NCBI GenBank assembly: GCA_937907455.1
Contig: CALESQ010000120.1
Location: 35,447-99,446 of the forward strand
Direction of reading: 5' to 3'
From: an uncultured Caldilineales bacterium
Lineage (GTDB): Bacteria; Chloroflexota; Anaerolineae; JAAEKA01
DNA length: 64,000 nucleotides
Both the position numbers and the translations under genes were made by a program. The notes under the pieces were generated by a model that had not been told where the DNA came from, did not search any database, and saw only the letters and a list, made by a program, of their open reading frames with translations. Below, one piece after another: positions 60,513 to 64,000 of the stretch (positions are counted from its first letter, which is position 1; each line of letters opens with the position of its first letter).

Positions 60513-61931
60513 ATGAAATATTTCTTCCGCTGCCTTGTTCTGGTGGCTCTGTTGCTTTCGTCTGCCCTGTCTGCATTGCCGGCAGGAGCAGCCGATGAAC
60601 CCCCCCAGCCTGCGGCGCCGCAGGCAACCATTTCGCTGCAACTGGTTGCCTCAGGTTTGGCGCGTCCGGTAGCGGTGACTGCGCCAACTGGTGACCGCAC
60701 CCGCTTGTTTATCACAGAAAAAACCGGTTATCTGCGCATTGTCACCATCTCTGGTGGGGTGTATACCCTGTTGCCAACTCCTTTTCTGGACATTGATGCG
60801 CTGGTAGGCAGTAGTGGCAACGAGCAAGGATTGCTCAGCGTAGCGTTTCATCCCAACTATGTCGCCAACGGCTATTTCTACGTGAATTATACCAACAACA
60901 CAGGGGCCACCGTGCTGGCGCGCTACCAGGTGAGCGCAGCCAATGCTAACCTGGCTGATCCTGCCAGCGCGCAGGTGCTGTTGACCATTGCCCAACCCTT
61001 TTCCAACCACAACGGCGGGCAATTGCAGTTTGGGCCGGACGGCTATTTGTACATTGGTATGGGAGATGGCGGCAGCAGCGGAGATCCGAGCGACCGTGCC
61101 CAGAACACGGGTGAACTGCTGGGCAAAATGCTGCGTCTTGATGTGGACAGCGGCTCACCCTACGGCATTCCTGCCAGCAACCCCTTTGTTGGGCCTGGCA
61201 ACCCGCTGGATGAAATTTGGGCGCTGGGGGTGCGCAACCCGTGGCGTTTCAGCTTCGACCGCCTCACTGGTGATCTATGGATTGGTGATGTGGGACAGGG
61301 CAATTGGGAAGAAATTGATTTGGAGCCTGCCGGCAGCGCCGGAGGGCGCAACTGGGGTTGGCGCTGCCTGGAGGGCACGCATGTCTACGATACTTCCGGT
61401 AACTGCCCGGCCAACCTGGGCACGCTTGATGCTCCCATCTACGAATATTCTCATACCGAGGGCTGTTCCATCACCGGCGGCTATGTTTACCGCGGCTCAG
61501 TGAACAGCGCTTATTTTGGCGACTATCTGTTTGCCGATTATTGTGCCTCCAGCAATCTGCGCACCCTGCGCTACAATGGGACGGCCTGGGTGCGCGCCGA
61601 TCATGTTCTTAGTGCGCCGGGGGGACTGGCTATGAGCCGCCCTACCGCCTTTGGTGAAGATGCTCTGGGCAATATCTACATGGTAGATGACAACAACATC
61701 GGCATCGGCAACAGCGGCGAGGTGTACCTGCTGCAACTGCGGCCTGCCGCCTGCATGGCCGGCAATTACGATCTGAACGGCGATGGCGCGCACAATATCC
61801 ACGATATTCAACTGGTGGCTGGTGACTGGCAGCGCGCCGACTTTGCGCCTGACTTTGATGTGAACTGCGATGGCCGCGTGGATATCCTGGATGTGCAGCT
61901 TGTGGCCACAGCTTGGGGCCTTACTTTGTAA
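60513..61931 (+). CDS. secreted PQQ-dependent glucose/sorbosone dehydrogenase-family beta-propeller with C-terminal dockerin
   Basis: AAAGGAG RBS; signal peptide; HNGGQLQFGPDGYLYIGMGDGG motif; C-terminal DLNGDGAHNIHDIQLV / DVNCDGRVDILDVQLV dockerin repeats. Confidence 0.7.
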   Translation: MKYFFRCLVLVALLLSSALSALPAGAADEPPQPAAPQATISLQLVASGLARPVAVTAPTGDRTRLFITEKTGYLRIVTISGGVYTLLPTPFLDIDALVGSSGNEQGLLSVAFHPNYVANGYFYVNYTNNTGATVLARYQVSAANANLADPASAQVLLTIAQPFSNHNGGQLQFGPDGYLYIGMGDGGSSGDPSDRAQNTGELLGKMLRLDVDSGSPYGIPASNPFVGPGNPLDEIWALGVRNPWRFSFDRLTGDLWIGDVGQGNWEEIDLEPAGSAGGRNWGWRCLEGTHVYDTSGNCPANLGTLDAPIYEYSHTEGCSITGGYVYRGSVNSAYFGDYLFADYCASSNLRTLRYNGTAWVRADHVLSAPGGLAMSRPTAFGEDALGNIYMVDDNNIGIGNSGEVYLLQLRPAACMAGNYDLNGDGAHNIHDIQLVAGDWQRADFAPDFDVNCDGRVDILDVQLVATAWGLTL

Positions 61932-61954
61932 TAGCTTTCACAGCGTGGTATAAT
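61926..61954 (+). promoter_or_regulatory. sigma70 promoter for sucCD (-35 TTGTAA, 17 nt, extended -10 TGgTATAAT)
   Basis: TTGTAATAGCTTTCACAGCGTGGTATAAT. Confidence 0.5.
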
Positions 61955-62046
61955 TCTGCTCCGGCAGACAATGCAACGGGGCATTGCCTGTTGTATTTTG
62001 CAGCTTTCCCGTCCTCAAGTGAGAGACCAAGCCACAGGAGGGCACT

Positions 62047-63177
62047 TTGAATCTCCACGAATATCAATCCAAGCGTGTCTTCGCTCAGTACGGCATTCCG
62101 ATTCCGCGCGGCGAAGTAGCCAACAGCCCGGCAGAAGCGCGCGAGATCGCGGCGAAGCTGGGCGGCAAGGTGGTTGTCAAGTCGCAGGTGCTGGTCGGCG
62201 GCCGCGGTAAAGCCGGCGGCATCAAGCTGGCTGTTGATAAAGATGACGCCGAAGAAAAGGCCAAGGCCATCCTCGGCATGACCATCAAAGGGCTGACTGT
62301 GACCAAAGTTTTGGTTGATGAAGCCGCGGATATCAAGGACGAAATCTACCTTGGCCTGGTGATTGACCGCGCCCAGCGCCGTGTGATCATGATGGGCTCC
62401 AGCGAAGGCGGCGTAGATATCGAAGAAGTTGCCGCCAACACCCCAGAAAAGATCATCAAAGTCGCTATTGACCCCTGCATCGGTTTTCGTTCTTATCAGG
62501 CCACTGATCTGGCTACGGCACTGGGCATTCCCAAGGACCTGTCGCGCAGCTTTGCGCAGATCGCTTCCGGTCTCTACAACGCCTTTGTCGGCAGCGACGC
62601 TTCGCTGGCTGAGATCAACCCGCTGGTGGTAACCGGCGACGGCAAGCTGCTGGCTGTGGATGGCAAAATGTCGGTGGATGACAATGCCCTGTACCGCCAA
62701 AAGGGGCTGTCCGATCTGCGCGATCCCTCTGAAGAAGACCCCTACGAGGTTGAGGCACGGCGCTTTGGCCTGAGCTACGTCAAGCTCGACGGCACTATCG
62801 GTTGCATGGTTAACGGCGCAGGCTTGTCTATGGCTACCATGGACATGATCAAGCTCTACGGCGGCGAACCGGCCAACTTCCTGGATATTGGTGGCGGTGC
62901 CACAGCCGAGCGCGTGGCCGCGGCTTTGCGCATCATTTTGTCTGACACCAACGTTACCGGCGTGTTGATCAACATCTTCGGCGGCATTACCCGCTGTGAT
63001 GAAGTGGCGCGCGGCGTGGTGCAGGCTCTTGATGAGGTGGGCGTCACCGTGCCGATGGTGGTGCGCCTGGTGGGCACCAACGAGGAAGAAGGCCGTGCCA
63101 TTTTGGCTGATGCCAAGATGGAAACCGCCTCAACCCTGGCTGAAGCAGCCTCGAAGGCTGTCGCTGTGTCGCGGTAG
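62047..63177 (+). CDS. sucC: succinyl-CoA synthetase beta subunit
   Basis: TTG start after AGGAGGG; [22 protein letters not shown]. Confidence 0.9.
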   Translation: MNLHEYQSKRVFAQYGIPIPRGEVANSPAEAREIAAKLGGKVVVKSQVLVGGRGKAGGIKLAVDKDDAEEKAKAILGMTIKGLTVTKVLVDEAADIKDEIYLGLVIDRAQRRVIMMGSSEGGVDIEEVAANTPEKIIKVAIDPCIGFRSYQATDLATALGIPKDLSRSFAQIASGLYNAFVGSDASLAEINPLVVTGDGKLLAVDGKMSVDDNALYRQKGLSDLRDPSEEDPYEVEARRFGLSYVKLDGTIGCMVNGAGLSMATMDMIKLYGGEPANFLDIGGGATAERVAAALRIILSDTNVTGVLINIFGGITRCDEVARGVVQALDEVGVTVPMVVRLVGTNEEEGRAILADAKMETASTLAEAASKAVAVSR

Positions 63178-63187
63178 GAAGGCAACC

Positions 63188-64000
63188 ATGAGCATTTTGG
63201 TCAACAAAAACACGCGTTTGATCGTGCAGGGCATCACCGGCCGTGAGGGTATGTTCCACGCCGAGCAGATGATCGCCTATGGCACCAATGTAGTTGGCGG
63301 TGTCACCCCAGGCAAGGGCGGACAGTGGGCAGCCGGCGTGCCGGTTTTTGACAGCGTGCGTGACGCTGTTAGAGCTACCGAAGCCAATACATCTATTATC
63401 TACGTCCCCGCGGCTTTTTCTGCCGACGCCATTCTGGAAGCCGTGGATGCCGGTATTAAACTGGTGATCTGCATCACCGAGGGTGTGCCCACGCTGGACA
63501 TGGTGAAGGTTCGCGCCTACGTGGATCAAACCGACGCCCGGCTGATTGGCCCTAACTGCCCCGGCCTGATTACTCCCGGCGAAGCCAAAGTGGGCATCAT
63601 GCCCGGCCACATCCACATCCCCGGCAATGTCGGCGTGGTGAGCCGCAGCGGTACGCTCACCTACGAGGTAGTAGCTGCGCTCAGCGCGCGTGGCATCGGC
63701 CAGTCTACCGCAGTGGGCATTGGCGGCGACCCCATCATCGGATCCACCTTCGTGGATATTCTGGGCCTGTTCCAGGATGACCCTGAAACCGAGCAGGTGG
63801 TGATGATTGGTGAAATCGGCGGCACCGACGAGGAAGATGCCGCGCGCTTCATCCGCGACTACATGAGCAAGCCCGTCACTGGCTTCATTGCCGGGCAGAC
63901 CGCACCGCCTGGGCGGCGCATGGGCCATGCTGGGGCTATCATCTCCGGCGGCAAGGGCACTGCGGCCGAGAAGGTGGCTGCGTTGGAGGCTGTGGGCGTG
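63188..64000 (+). CDS. sucD: succinyl-CoA synthetase alpha subunit (3' end beyond window)
   Basis: [45 protein letters not shown]; not in ORF track because truncated. Confidence 0.85.
   Translation, partial: MSILVNKNTRLIVQGITGREGMFHAEQMIAYGTNVVGGVTPGKGGQWAAGVPVFDSVRDAVRATEANTSIIYVPAAFSADAILEAVDAGIKLVICITEGVPTLDMVKVRAYVDQTDARLIGPNCPGLITPGEAKVGIMPGHIHIPGNVGVVSRSGTLTYEVVAALSARGIGQSTAVGIGGDPIIGSTFVDILGLFQDDPETEQVVMIGEIGGTDEEDAARFIRDYMSKPVTGFIAGQTAPPGRRMGHAGAIISGGKGTAAEKVAALEAVGV

Overview
This is a high-GC (~62-65%) bacterial chromosomal segment with dense, mostly housekeeping coding, but with unusual non-coding architecture and a few accessory modules. In order, the window contains: an AOR-family gene fragment, an S10 peptidase, a family III CoA-transferase, a Mo-cofactor maturation operon (mocA plus a split xdhC), a ChbG/YdjC-like deacetylase, a tRNA-Sec (selC) that the ORF track swallowed into a spurious ORF start, a predicted amidoligase cassette (circularly permuted ATP-grasp plus two tandem YbdK/GCS2 carboxylate-amine ligases) followed by a secreted dockerin-bearing protein, a partial his operon (hisZ-hisG-GNAT-hisA-hisF-hisI-hisE), purA, purB, an S9 peptidase, purH, a sulfide:quinone oxidoreductase, a BCAA super-cluster (ilvB leader peptide and attenuator, then ilvB-ilvN-ilvC-leuA-gltB-leuC-leuD-leuB-cimA), a CotH/lamin-tail giant secreted protein, rpoD, an S1-domain protein, an Elp3-like radical-SAM/GNAT protein, ridA, lysS, greA, a PIG-L deacetylase, a ParB-like/tandem-Usp fusion, a dockerin-tagged PQQ-type sugar dehydrogenase, and sucC-sucD. 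Several findings go beyond the gene list. The 5' leaders of ilv, leu, pur, ybdK and mocA carry a family of 7-8-nt pyrimidine-rich, G-depleted tandem repeats. There is a REP/MITE-like palindromic element in two copies, with a related in-frame insertion in gltB, and a textbook ilvB leader-peptide attenuator. Consensus sigma70 promoters sit a few nt from start codons, implying leaderless mRNAs. Cohesin-like and dockerin modules also occur on unrelated proteins. No CRISPR array, transposase or rRNA is present. Coordinates follow the ORF track; at three places my hand indexing of the printed sequence differed from the track by 1 nt, so hand-placed features (tRNA, promoters, hairpins) carry +/-2 nt uncertainty.
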